DNA from: Macrostomum lignano | Taxonomy: Eukaryota | Direction of reading: 5' to 3' | NCBI GenBank assembly: GCA_002269645.1 | Contig: NIVC01000051.1 | Location: forward strand, 806,001-870,000 | Length of the DNA: 64,000 nt | Shown: positions 1 to 13,400 of the stretch, in pieces | How the letters are laid out: each line of letters begins with the position of its first letter | How positions within the stretch are numbered: the stretch's first letter is position 1 | The notes under the pieces: generated by a model | Told to the model about the DNA's origin: nothing | Seen by the model: the letters and a program-made list of their open reading frames with translations, nothing else | Database searches by the model: none | Position numbers and translations under genes: made by a program

Positions 1-539
1 AGGGAGGGAGAGAGTAGAGTGGATTAGAGAGAATAGGTTAGTGTCGAATATATTGCAGTAAACCTAATGCGGCAGCAAAATGACTATAACAAAGAAAAGA
101 CGAAGCCTGGCAAAGAAATTAAAAAACCAAAAGATATTATTTATTATAAATCAATCAAGCCCGAAGATAACCGCTCTACTACAAACATTCTTCAGAGCAT
201 TAGAATTTAGAAGTACAATCAACAGTTTTTGTACAAATTCAGAGCATTAATTGCAGATCTTAATGAATATTGGCCGAATAATTGGAGTAATATTATTGTA
301 TTGCAGATGACGCATATGATTAACCAATAACTTTATCAGTTCGATGACACATGAAGACATGACACTTAAACGTAGTTAAGAAGATTAAGCATCATAATTG
401 GTATTGAGAAATCATGAGCACAAATAAAACACAAACCAGAAGTCTGCTGTAGCGAGGGAGAAGGGCGAGTTACATTCCGTACAACAAGAGGCTGATAGAG
501 GCGGAGCTTATGAAAAAATGAGCGGATAGAAGCGCAGAT

Positions 540-1300
540 AAGAGTAGAGAAGGGAAGGATGGATAGCAGATAAGGAGGCGGATAAAGGCGGATAAGGGGC
601 GGATGGAGGCCGATAAGGGGGCGGATGGAGGCGGATAAGGGACGGATAGAGGCCGATAAGGGGGCGGATGGAGGCGGATAAGGGACGGATAGAGGCCGAT
701 AAGGGGGCGGATGGAGGCGGATAAGGGGGCGGATGGAGACGGATGGAGGCGGATAAGGGGGCGGATAGAGACGGATGGAGGCGGATAAGGGGGCGGATGG
801 AGACGGATGGAGGCGGATAAGGGGGCGGATGGAGACGGATAAGGAACGGATGGAGGCCGATAAGAGGGCGGATGGAGGCAGATGGAGGCGGATAAGGGAC
901 GGATAGGGGGGCGGATGGAGGCGGATGGAGGCGGATAAGGGGGCGGATGGAGACGGATGGAGGCGGATAAGGGGGCGGATGGAGACGGATGGAGGCGGAT
1001 AAGGGGGCGGATGGAGACGGATGGAGGCGGATGGAGGCGGATAAGGGGGCGGATGGAGACGGATGGAGGCGGATAAGGGGGCGGATGGAGATGGATAAGG
1101 AACGGATGGAGGCCGATAAGAGGGCGGATGGAGGCGGATAAGGAACGGATGGAGGCCGATAAGAGGGCGGATGGAGGCAGATGGAGGCGGATAAGGGACG
1201 GATAGGGGGGTGGATGGAGGCAGATAAGGGAAGGATGGAGGCGGAGAGGGGACGGATAAGGGGGCGGATGGAGGCGGATAAGGGGGCGGATGGAGACGGA
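540..1300. repeat. G-rich minisatellite: ~32-bp higher-order unit of 9-12-bp GGCGGAT(AAGGG/GGA) subunits
   Basis: Period 32 visible at 961/993 (aggcggataagggggcggatggagacggatgg). It explains the Pro-rich ORF 366..1313. Confidence 0.95.
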
Positions 1301-1373
1301 TGAATATAGTCATATCAGAGCAAACGTGGTCAGGCCAGAATGCAGCAGAGCATACAAATCCAGTGAAGCCTCA

Positions 1374-2804
1374 TCAAGGCAGAGCAGTCCTCAGCTGGTC
1401 AACCAAGAGCCGCATAGCAGTCATGGTCTCGCTACCGTCAGGCATGGTGTCAATCGGACATTGACCCTGATCCAGGGCCCGCGCCAGCCCCGGCTCAATA
1501 GGCACCCTGGCCAATAGCGGCAGTCCGAACTCTTTGCACATAGCCGCAGCTCCTCCGGTGGTGGCCGGAAAAATGTCCGACTTTCGTGTACAATTCGGAC
1601 ACACATAACCGGACATGTTTTCAACGACGCCTAGAACGGGCACGCCTAGCCGGCGGCAGAAATTCACCTCCTTGCGAGCGTCTAGAAGGGACACCTCCTG
1701 CGGCGTGGTGACAATAATTGCTCCGTCTACTCCGGCAGACTTGAGCAGCTGAACAATTGACAGGTGCTCATCGCTGGTGCCAGGTGGCGTGTCAATCAAC
1801 AGGTAGTCCAGCTGGCCCCAATCTACATCGCGTAGAAACTGTTTAATTAATCCGTTTTTACGGGGCCCGCGCCAAACCACCGCTTCGTCTGGCGAGGCCA
1901 ATAGAAAAGCGACGGACATGACGGCGAGGGACTCGTCGGCGTAGACGGGCGACCAGCCGTCGGCGCTCTGGTGGACAGTTTCGCCCAGCAGGCCCAGCAT
2001 GGTGGGCACCGACGGCCCGCAGATGTCTACGTCAAGGAGGCCCACCTGCGGATGCGCGGGTTTAGGGGGCGGATGAGGTTGAGGTTGTGAATGGGGCGGA
2101 TGAGGTTGAGGTTGTGAATGGGGGCGGATGAGGATAGGAAGGGGGCGGATGAGGATAGAACGGCGGATAAGGATGGAAGGGGGCGGATGAGGATAGAAAG
2201 GGAAGGACGAGGATAGGAAATGGGCGGATAAGGATGGAAGGGGGCGGATGAGGATAGAAAGGGGGCGGATGAGGATAGGAAGGGGGCGGATGAGGATAGA
2301 AAGGGAAGGACGAGGATAGGAAATGGGCGGATAAGGATGGAAGGGGGCGGATGAGGATAGAAAAGGGCGTATGGCGTTAGGACAGAGGCAAATGATAGGA
2401 AGGGGCAGACGAGGATAGGAAGGGCGGACGAGAATGCTGGGCAGACAAATTTCTGAAAAAAGCAACTCCACCTGCAGCTGAGGCTGCTGATGCACCGGTG
2501 TCTCCACCTGGCCGTCATCAGCGGCAGCGGCAGCAAAGGCGCGGGCCAGGCAGACGCTAACAGTGGACTTGCCAACGCCGCCTTTGCCAGACAGCACAAG
2601 CAGTTTTCGCCGAACTCCAGCCAGGCGATCGCGAATTCTGTCCAGATCGGGGTCGGGTCCGGCCCGGCCAGCACCGCTGCTGCACAGGCCCTGGTTCGGA
2701 CAGCCAGCGCACGGGGCGGCTTTGCCGGCCGACTCGCTACTCACACCCGGACAATGGGCGGGAGCGTTTTCAGGACGATCGGCGGAAGTCAGATTGTCAG
2801 ACAT
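1374..2804 (-). CDS. NUBP1: Cytosolic Fe-S cluster assembly factor NUBP1/Nbp35; 2 exons (2804-2508, or 2804-2472 with an alternative donor; 2045-1374)
   Basis: N-terminal CX13CX2CX5C (CPGVSSESAGKAAPCAGCPNQGLC), deviant Walker A GKGGVGKST, LDVDICGPS, VVWRGP, DTPPGTSDEH, GVVENM and CPNC. Removing GT..AG 2507-2046 restores the family alignment DDGQ|VGLLDVD. Confidence 0.95.
   Translation of the reverse strand: MSDNLTSADRPENAPAHCPGVSSESAGKAAPCAGCPNQGLCSSGAGRAGPDPDLDRIRDRLAGVRRKLLVLSGKGGVGKSTVSVCLARAFAAAAADDGQVETPVHQQPQLQVELLFSEICLPSILVRPSYPRLPLPIICLCPNAIRPFLSSSAPFHPYPPISYPRPSLSILIRPLPILIRPLSILIRPLPSLSAHFLSSSFPFYPHPPPSILIRRSILIRPLPILIRPHSQPQPHPPHSQPQPHPPPKPAHPQVGLLDVDICGPSVPTMLGLLGETVHQSADGWSPVYADESLAVMSVAFLLASPDEAVVWRGPRKNGLIKQFLRDVDWGQLDYLLIDTPPGTSDEHLSIVQLLKSAGVDGAIIVTTPQEVSLLDARKEVNFCRRLGVPVLGVVENMSGYVCPNCTRKSDIFPATTGGAAAMCKEFGLPLLARVPIEPGLARALDQGQCPIDTMPDGSETMTAMRLLVDQLRTALP
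2055..2430. repeat. Intronic minisatellite (GGGGCGGATGAGGATAGAA-like) in the NUBP1 intron
   Basis: Repeated ggggcggatgaggatag(g)aa and ggaagg units between the two NUBP1 exons. Confidence 0.9.
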
Positions 2805-2874
2805 AATTTTTTTTATTGTGCAACGATTCGCTGCGGGAATTAGTTGTTAAGCCACATGCTAAGCTGCGTTTTCG

Positions 2875-3330
2875 ATAGAGACTACCAAGTTGACTGGTTG
2901 CTAGCCGGTTGCTAAGCTGTGTTTTTACTGAATCTACCAATTTGATTGGTTGCTAGCCGGTTGCTAAGCTGTGTTTTTACTGAATCTACCAATTTGATTG
3001 GTTGCTAGCCGGTTGCTAAGCTGTGTTTTCATTGAACCTACCAAGTTGACTGGTTGCTAGCCGGTTGCTAAGCTGTTTTTACTGAATCTGATACCAAGTT
3101 GACTGGTTGCTAGCCGGTTGCTAAGCTGTGTTTTTACTGAATCTACCAATTTGATTGGTTGCTAGCCGGTTGCTAAGCTGTTTTTATTGAATCTACCAAG
3201 TTGACTAGTTGCTAGCCGGTTGCTAAGCTGTGTTTTCATTGAATCTGTACCAAGTTGACTAGTTGCTAGCCGGTTGCTAAGCTGTGTTTTTACTGATATA
3301 CCAAGTTGGCTGGTTGCTAAGCTGTTTTGA
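2875..3330. repeat. ~52-56-bp tandem repeat (8 units) starting ~70 bp upstream of the NUBP1 ATG
   Basis: Unit ccaagttgactggttgctagccggttgctaagctgtgtttttactgaatcta. Confidence 0.93.
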
Positions 3331-4420
3331 AGTGCATCTATCCAAGTTAATGGTTGCTAGGCCAGTAAGAACTACCTGTTAATAATATGATATAAAATAA
3401 AAAAAAATTGACTGAAGCATGAAACACAACTGCAACTCACGTTTAATTTATCAGTACAATAAAAATTATTAGAAGTAAATATCAGTAGCATTTTAATAAA
3501 TAAATATCGCATACGGAACAGGGCGGGTTGGGACATAGATTATGAAGATATTAATAATTAATTAAAGAGGGCGCATAGACATTAATGTTGAAAGTTTTAA
3601 CTAACAGGGAACTAACAGGTGGATCCGGGATTTACTATAACATTGCAATGAAAACATTAATAACATATTCACAAATCATATTACAAGTAGTACCGTAAGT
3701 GAAGTGACAGCCGAAATATGTAGTATTTATTTGAAGTTTAGTTGAATCAGTGCTGACTACAGAATTGGACAATAATAATATTAATTATATTTGAAAGCAT
3801 GCACAGACATTGATTTAGCATAGAGTGCAAAGTGTAAGCAGGCAGTGAGCGAAATGGAATTGCCATCGGCACAAGTACTCTCATACAGAGGAGAGATTTC
3901 AGCTTTTTATGAAATTCTTTTAGTAAAACTGTTTATACTACTTATTTGCAGTAGTAGGTAAAAGCAAATTTTAGCTTACAAACTTACTAAAAAAACTTAC
4001 AAAGATTTATTGACAAAGGAAAAATATGATTTTGCAAGTCAAAACTTTGAAAATGCAATTTTATGTCAATCCAATATTTTATTCAAATTATAGTGGTACA
4101 TACTATCAATAACATTAAAATAGAGATGCACATTTTCACTATCTCATAAAAGAAGTTATTTTCTAAAGAAATAAGTTTAGATATACCAATGATAGACTTA
4201 CTTAAATTAAACTAAACAAGGTGTATAACTACTACAAGTAGTCAAGCCAATAAGAGTCCAATTTTATTTTTACACCTTTCAAAAATGATTACAAGACTTA
4301 CTACCAGCAGGCCACGAATACAACAATAAAATGCAAGCCATGTTTTTTGCCTACGCTACTTGTAGTAATGACGCACTGAAAATCGGTGGCCAATTTCAAC
4401 AGAGTGTGTAGTAGATCTTT

Positions 4421-7400
4421 CTAACGATAGCCAACCACAGTAGTCTGCTGTTGTTGCTGTTGTTGAGATTTCAACGCCTCAGTGATGACCTGTTTCGCAG
4501 CGTTCATCAATTTAGCATCAATATTCTCTGTAGGCAGGTAGCGCATTGTTTGATTTTCAACTACAACAGGCCGACAGTCGGGAGTAAACAATATGCCGCC
4601 AACTTTGTAGAGGGTGACATTTCTTCTGACTGCCTGCTGCTGCTGCTGCTGAGGAGTAGCCTGCGACTGCAGCAAGATAGTAGGCTGAGCAGCAGCGGAA
4701 CTCGCAAACCCAGTGGAGTTCGGCTGATGCTGTTGCGCCAGACGCAGTACAGTCTGGGTTCCGCCGGAAGCTGCGGGAGCTGTTGCAGCAGAGGCGGCAA
4801 GCAGTACAACATTGGCAGGCTTCACTATGCCGACGCTACTGCTGTGACTACTGCTAGCAGCCGATGACAGCACCGTCTGATGCGCCTGCGGCGCTAGAGA
4901 CTGCTGCACAGCAACCAGCTGACCGCCTGGATTGCTGAGCACAAATAGCTGAGGCTGAGAACGGCTCGACTGAGCACTAGCTGGAGTCTGCTGCAGTCGG
5001 GTAGTCGGAATCGGGCCTCGAAGGCAGTCCACGGTTTGAGTTAAATTCGAACGAATCAGGGTAGCTGGGGGAGGATTATTAGACTGCTGCTGCTGTTGCT
5101 GGGTACTGCTGACCGGCTTATCAACAACATTCACAACTTGGCCAACAACTAATGCCGATGATGCCGCTGATGATGCTGATGACGAAGCCGCAGGAGGAGT
5201 AGTTAATCGGATGCTTAGTATTGGCAAGGTGCCAGAATTAGCAGCGGTGCTATTGGCTGCTGATGCGGAGCTATTACTACTATTATTAGTACTATTTGCA
5301 TTGACGCTAGAATTATTGTTAGTAGTATTGTTGTTTAGGTGCTGTTGCAGCAGCGAAGATGCGGTGGCCTGAAAAATTGCAGCGAAGGGAGCAAAACTGA
5401 TTAAAATTTGTCTTTTTTATGATGTGTTTCTTGTTTATGATGTGTTTCTAGTTTATGATTTGTTTCTAGTTTATGATGTGTTTCTAGTTTATGTTTCTAG
5501 TTTATGATGTGTTTCTAGTTTATGATGTGTTTCTAGTTTATGTTTCTAGTTTATGATGTGTTTCTAGTTTATGTTTCTAGTTTATGATGTGTTTCTAGTT
5601 TATGTTTCTAGTTTATGATGTGTTTCTAATTTATGTTTATAGTTTATGATGTGTTTATACTTTATGATGTGCTTCTAGTTTATGATGTGCTTCTAGTTTA
5701 TGATGTTACTAGTTTACGTTTCTAGTTTATTATGTCTTTCTAGTTTATGATGTTTCTAGTTTATGTTACTAGTTTATGATGTGTTTCTAATTTACGGTGT
5801 GCTTCTAGTTTATGATGTGCTTCTAGTTTATGTCTTTCTAGTTTATGACGTTTCTAGTTCATGATGTACTTCAGTTTACGATGTCTTTCTAGTTTATGAT
5901 GTGTTTACAGTCTATGATGTCTTTTTAGTTTATGATGTGTTTACAGTCTATGATGTCTTTTTAGTTTATGATGTGTTTACAGTCTATGATGTCTTTCTAG
6001 TTTATGATGTGTTTACTGTCTACGATGTCTTTCTAGTTTATGATGTGTTTCTAGTTTATAATGTGTTGCTATTTTATAGTGTGTTTTTAGTTTATAGTGT
6101 GTTTTTAGCTTATAGTGTGTGTTTTTAGTTTTAAAAGTGTGTTTTTAGTTTATAATGTGCTTCTAATTTATTATGTGTTTCTACCTGGTAGTTTAAGTTG
6201 ATCTAGTCTCTAGAACTTCTAATTAGACAACGTCTTCGTTGAAATTCGGATCACATCGCAAATTGAATTATTAACTCACCTGCCTAGCGGCAGACTCGTA
6301 CTTGATGTGTACATTAGCAACAGCGCTACCGGCACTGTCGGAAGTGTTCACCAATCTAACAATTGTTGCAGACTTGTGCTGCTGCTGCTGCTGCTGGCCA
6401 AACGAATGTAGCTGAGGCAGCTGGGGTGGCGGTCGAGGACCAACATTGCGCAACTGTTGCTGCTTCTGCTGCTGCTGCTGCGGCGGTGGAGGTGGCGGCG
6501 GTGCCTGCCGAATTCGATACTTTCTGCGCCTAGTAGAAATTCCAACATTGCTATCGTCCATAGCAACTGATCGTTGATCGCTTCCATCATCATCGTTGTT
6601 GTCATCCTCGTCCAGCTCGTCGCTGCCGCTGTCGATTTCGTCGTCATTGTCATCGTCGTAGTCGGCGTCCTCGGCTGCTTCGTCAGCTGCAGGACTGTCC
6701 ATGGCGGCTTCTTCCGCTAGTTCGCCGCGAAGGTAATAGTCCTGATGGCGGATTGGGGGGTTCGGGTTTGCGTGCTTGGCGTCATTTTTGCATTCGTGCC
6801 ATTTTTGCCATTTTTTGCTACTTTGATATTTAAATGCCATTTTTTACAATTAAGTGCAATTTACCATATTCAAGTGTCATTTCCACATTTATGTGCCCTT
6901 TTTCCCATTTAAGTGCCATTTTTCACATTCAAGTGCCATTTTACACATTCAAATGCCATTTTCTACATTCAAGTGCCATTATCCACATTCAAGTGCCATT
7001 TCCACATTCAAATGCCATTATCCACATTCAAGTGCCATTATCCACATTCAAGTGCCATTATCCACATTCAAGTGCCATTTCTACATTCAAGTGCCATTTC
7101 CACATTCAAGTGCCATTTCCACATTCAAGTGCCATTTTCCCATTTAAGTGCCATTTTCCATATTCAAGTGCCATTTTACACATTCAAATGCCATTTTCTA
7201 CATTCAAGTGCCATTATCCACATTCAAGTGCCATTTCCACATTCAAATGCCATTATCCACATTCAAGTGCCATTATCCACATTCAAGTGCCATTATCAAC
7301 ATTCAAGTGCCATTATCCACATTCAAGTGCCATTATCAACATTCAAGTGCCATTATCCACATTCAAGTGCCCTTTTTCCCATTTAAGTGCCATTTTCCAT

Positions 7401-10400
7401 ATTCAAGTGCCATTTTACACATTCAAATGCCATTTTCTGCATTCAAGTGCCATTATCCACATTTAAGTGTGATTTTCCACATTCAAGTGTCATTTCCACA
7501 TTCAAATGCCATTTTCCATATTCAAGTGCCATTATCCACATTTAAGTGTGATTTTCCACATTCAAGTGTCATTTCCACATTCAAGTGCCATTTCCACATT
7601 CAAATGCCATTTCCACATTCAAGTGCCATTTCCACATTCAAATGCCATTTCCACATTCAAATGCCATTTTCCATAATTCAAGTGCCATTTTACACATTCA
7701 AGTGCCATTTCCACATTCAAGTGTCATTTTCACATTCATGTGCCATTTTCCCATCTAAGTACCATTTTTCATATTCAATTGTAATTTTTCACATTCAAGT
7801 GCCATTTTCCATATTCAAGTGCCATCTTTCATATTGAAGTACCATTTTCTACATTCAAGTGTCATTTTTCACAAATAAGTGCCATTTTTCATATTCAATT
7901 GTAATTTTTCACATTCAAGTGCCATTTTCCATATTCAAGTGCCATCTTTTATATTGAAGTGCCATTTTCTACATTCAAGTGCCATTTTCTACATTCAAGT
8001 GTCATTTTTCACAAATAAGTGCCATTTTTCAACATTCCAGTGCCATTTTTAGGGTTTAAACAGTTTGAACGACAACAATGTCACTCCTATTAAGCATTAA
8101 ACCCGACACTATAAGGAAACCAATTCAAACGTAGATAAAGCTCTAACAAAGCTTACGGAATTCCGTTCGAACTCCCGAAACTCGTGCATTACTCGAACTC
8201 GCATTCGCCTCTCGCGATGACTGATCTTGGGCGCGGCCGCCTCCCAGTCAGCCTCCAAGGCTACAAATGCGTCTAGCAGCTCTCTGTGCGAGCTGATTTG
8301 ACTGTTCAGTGCATCGCTGTCCACCTGCGGGTTGGAAAACAATTCGCGCGTTAATTCCTCTGGGATTTCCCTACTTAAAGTCCCCCTCTGGGATTTCCCT
8401 ACTTTAACTCCCCCTCTGGGATTTCCCTACTTAAACTCCCCCTCTGGGATTTCCCTACTTAAACTCCCCCTCTGGGATTTCCCTACTTAAACTCCCCCTC
8501 TGGGATTTCCCTACTTAAACTCCCCCTCTGGGATTTCCCTACTTAAACTCCCCCTCTGGGATTTCCCTACTTAAACTCCCCCTCTGGGATTTCCCTACTT
8601 AAACTCCTTCTCTGGGATTTCCCTACTTAAACTCCCCCTCTGGGATTTCCCTACTTAAACTCCCCCTCTGGGATTTCCCTACTTAAACTCCCCCTCTGGG
8701 ATTTCCCTACTTAAACTCCCCCTCTGGGATTTCCCTACTTAAAGTCCCCCTCTGGGATTTCCCTACTTTAACTCCCCCTCTGGGATTTCCCTACTTAAAC
8801 TCCCCCTCTGGGATTTCCCTACTTAAACTCCCCCTCTGGGATTTCCCTACTTAAACTCCCCCTCTGGGATTTCCCTACTTAAACTCCCCCTCTGGGATTT
8901 CCCTACTTAAACTCCCCCTCTGGGATTTCCCTACTTAAACTCCCCCTCTGGGATTTCCCTACTTAAACTCCTTCTCTGGGATTTCCCTACTTAAACTCCC
9001 CCTCTGGGATTTCCCTACTTAAACTCCCCCTCTGGGATTTCCCTACTTAAACTCCCCCTCTGGGATTTCCCTACTTAAACTCCCCCTCTGGGATTTCCCT
9101 ACTTAAACTCCCCCTCTGGAATTTCCCTACTTAAACTCCCCCTCTGGGATTTCCCTACTTAAACTCCCCCTCTGGGATTTCCCTACTTAAACTCCCCCTC
9201 TGGGATTTCCCTACTTAAACTCCCCCTCTGGGATTTCCCTACTTGAACTCACCCTCTGGGATTTCCCTACTTGAACTCCCCCTCTGGGATTTCCCTACTT
9301 AAACTCCTTCTCTGGGATTTCCCTACTTAAACTCCCCCTCTGGGATTTCCCTACTTAAACTCCCCCTCTGGGATTTCCCTACTTAATAACCATCTCTGGG
9401 ATTTCCCTACTTAATATCCCCTCTGGCACTTCCCTACTTAATACCCCGTCTGAGATTTCCATACTTAATAAATCCTGCTGGGATTTCCCTACTTTATATC
9501 CACTTTGGGATTTCCCTACTTGATATCCACTTTGGGATTTCCCTACTTAATATCTCCCGATGGGATTCCCTTACTTAATATCCACTTTGGGATTTTCCTA
9601 TTTAATATCCACTTTGGAGTTCCTATTCAATAGATCGTATCCCAAGCTTGGATTTCCCTATTCAATATCTGAAGCTTGGATTTCCCTATTCAATATCCCA
9701 CTCAGGCATTTTCAATCCAACAGAAATTTCTAATGCTTACCGCCAATACTGACTTCGATTTGCGTCCGCGTTTACTAATTTTCACGTCGAATTCGTCTTT
9801 GCTGCGCTGCAATGCGTCGAGGTCGTCGCGCAGACCCGAGATGAGGGCGCGCAATTCGGATAGAGTCTGCGCTACTAGCTCGAACTCGGAGGCATTGGGA
9901 CGCTGCAAATGCGTTACGGAAGGGAGTATGGGACATGTTAGCACGGTAAGTATGAATTTCAAGACACAGTAAGCCAGCTAAAATACAGACACAAAGCAAC
10001 ACACCTCAATATTAACTTTATACATCTCCTCAATCAGCTTTTTATCGTTCTCTTCATCCCGTTCATCGTCATCTTCATCAGCTTGAGCCTCGGTTGCCGC
10101 AGCCTCCTCGTCCGCCGCTGGTGCCGTAGACGCCGACGTGGATGCCGAAGCGTCAGCGTTAGCGCTAGCCGTCGAATCGTTATTTTCGTCAGTTTTGTCG
10201 TCAACCTTCTCTTCTTCCACTTCCTGCTTCTCCTTGCCGTTAGTCTCGCCGTTGGCCAGCGACAGCTGGGGCGCCGCTGTCGCTGCCGATTTGTCGACCT
10301 CCGAAGCCTCCGTCGTATCCATCGCCTCATGCTCCTCCTCGCGTTTCAGCACCGGCGGTGGCGGCGTTGACGATTTCGAGTCGGTCGCGGCGTCAGCTTC

Positions 10401-13400
10401 GGCTTTGACTTCGACATCGTTATCGCCATCAGCTCTACGTCGATCCGCAAGACGAGAACGTCGACCTCCTCGACCGCTTCTAGTAGTTGAAGTCGAAGTC
10501 GATCTAGGAGTCGGCGTCGGCGTGGATGGCGGCGACGCGGCGGCGGTTCTTCGACGACGACCCCTCGACGTCGATGAAGTTGATTTTGGCGTCGGCGTCT
10601 GACACGGCGATGGCGACGCAGCTTTTCGTTTTCGACCAGAAGCGGCGCCGGCGCCAGCCTTCTCCGGCGTGGGGGTCGCTTTCTTTTTCTTAGAATTCTT
10701 TGAAGCGGACTGCTGAACGCAATACTCAATCACAGGATATTCGGAGCGCCTGTAGACCCAGTGCCTGGCCTCAAGGTCCAGGCCTTCTAATCGGATATAA
10801 ACCCACTGACCTACGCTGCCAAGGCGAATCTCTCGATACTCTTCTGGCTGGCAGCGTTCGTCTAGTTCGCGTACGAATTGATCGGTGCGGTACAGCAGAC
10901 AATCGATTAGCGCCTTCAAGATGTGGACTCGCTGGTGTGGGATGGATTGGGTATATCCGGGTTTGTAACGAGACCCTTGTGACCTTGTCTAGTAGGACAA
11001 CCCCATTCGCTCTGCTCAATCTATGATAATTAGACAGTCTCCAAATAAGAGCAACACTTTTAAAATAAAAGTGTTTTACACCCCACTCGGTCAAGCACTA
11101 TCTATAAAATAAAACAGCCCCCACTCCGCCAAGCACTATCTATAAAATGAGACAGCCACCCCACTCCGCCCAGCACTATTAATAAAAAACAGCAACCCCA
11201 CCCCACTTCGCCCAGCACTATCAATAAAATAAAACAGCCACCCCACTCCACCCAGCACTATCAATAAAATAAAACAGCCACCCCACTCCGCCCAGCACAA
11301 TCAATAAGATAAACAGCCACCCACTCCATACAGCACTATCAATGAAATAAACAGCCTCCCCACTCCGCCTAGCTGTTAATAAAAAACAGCCACACCCCAC
11401 CCCACTCCACCCAGCACTATCAATAAAAAAACAGCCACCCACTCCGCCCAGCACTATCAATAAACAGATAGCCACCCTACTCAGCCTCACAATCAAATGT
11501 GTAACATAAGAAGTTACAAACCTGAAACAGGCTCAGCTCGTGAAACATTCTAATCTCCAACGGATTTCTATGACCAACAACGTCGCCAAATTGAGAGCAC
11601 AAAAAGCTAGTAGCAACTGCTGCAGACTGCTGTTGATTCAATTCCTGATTATTATCATTAGCTCCAGCCAGGCTGGCCAAATGTCTATAGAATGCGGCGA
11701 CACGCTGTTTCAATCGATCGTGCCAATGGTGATAGACAATAGCGGGCAATGGAGCCCGATTGTAAAACGAATAGGAGGAGCCGCCGCAACCCAGGGCGGC
11801 GTTGGCTGCTGCGGCTGCTGCGGCGGCCGCGTCTTTAGTAGCCCTGGCTAGGCCACATTTTAGTTTAGCGAATAGGCCGCACATGATACCAGTAAGTAGG
11901 GCGCTACTCTGAGGCGACAGCAGTGCCAGGTGGATCTCGCGTACTGTTAGGGCCTGTTGAATTCATAGTTCAGTTTATTGAGACTTTTGGGAGACCCTTA
12001 TAGGGTGTTTATTGGGCGATGCTAAATTGTTTGATATTTAAAAACAATGAACCAGGCTATGATATTAAGTAGTGTTTCAATGCATTTCCAAAATCAACAG
12101 CTAAGCTAACATTACCTCGGCCAAGCCAGACGCCTGCAACCCCAGCATCTCCGGCCCCATCATGAGCAGAAAGTGGGCCACCTCGGCCAGCTCAGCGCAA
12201 TGCCTCAGGCAGTACTCAGTCTCAGTAGTAGCCAGCGAATTTATCCATGATTCAAATTCGCTTAACAGTCGCTCCTCGTGTCGCCTGACTTCCCATCGAC
12301 GCAGTCGTTCAACAATAGCGGCAATCCGAGCGTCGGACTCTTCGCGAGAGCCGGCCGCGTCCTCGGTTTCGCGAGCCATGGCCTGCACCGGCAGGCTCTC
12401 CCGACAGGCGGCAAATGAACTCAGACCGCCGGTGCTGCCGCCGGCGTTATTGGCGCCACCACCGCTGGCGCCGGCGCCGATACCCGAAACGACGCGCATC
12501 GCGGCGGCGGCCCGACGAGCGACGCGCCATTCAGCGGCCGGATCTTCGACTAATAAAGCTGGATTATTGTTGGCGCCGCCTTCGTGCAGATAGGAACGAG
12601 AGTCAAGCACGGTGCCAAGCGATGCAGCGCCCATTGTGGCGCCAATGCTGCACCGTTCGCGTAGATCTCTGCATGAGCATTTTTTGCTTATGGATAATTA
12701 CTAGCGGCTGCGTCAGTGTAAGGAACTAGATTTCCCTCCTATGAAATCGGGAACGGGATCTAGATATAGGAAATGCAACCAAAGCCTATGTTCTGTCTAA
12801 AAACCTCCGTATCTGTATCAGTAGTTACGGCGGCCACCCCCTTTCCTGCTCCCGATCCTCAGTCCGTCAGATTGATAAAAACTATTCGGTGAATGACAGT
12901 TTTCTATCCTTAAAGCAGGGGTCGGCAGATTCTGGCCCACAAAGCCTCTCTATCCGGCCCTTGGGTCCCTTAGAAACTTCACAACAGCAATCCGGCCCGT
13001 TCAATGTTTATGTCTCTTCTCAACGCTCTTCTCTCCTCTCTTCCTATCTACAACTTTATCTCTTCTCTCTTATTTCATCTCTCCTTTATTCTTCTCTTCC
13101 CTCCTCAGGCTCTCAGTCATGCTCTAGGTTCTCAATCTGGCCCTTTGAGGTAGACAAACCTCTACAAACCTCAGCATTAACACTGTAAACATTGCTTACC
13201 TAGCCAGTAGGCCAATTTTCTGCTCAAACAGTGTCTCCATCTTGGTAGCCAACTTTCCCAGCGGACTGTCCACCCCGTTAAACACGTAGCAGTTGAACAG
13301 CATTAAACGAAAATCGCACACAAAATCGCCAATTTGAGAGTACACTGATTGGCCAAATTTTTCTTTCACTGGAAAATAAATAGTATGATGCTTTTGATTT

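Noticed and set aside
366-1313. 315-aa Pro-rich ORF
   Set aside because: It is a translation of the G-rich minisatellite with no recognisable domain.
5901-7837. Repetitive ORFs (VYDVF, HSSAI/FKCH)
   Set aside because: They lie antisense within repeat-filled BRD10 introns.
8358-9690. CRISPR-like appearance of the 28-bp repeats, and of other arrays
   Set aside because: The units are head-to-tail with no unique spacers, there are no cas genes, and the context is eukaryotic.
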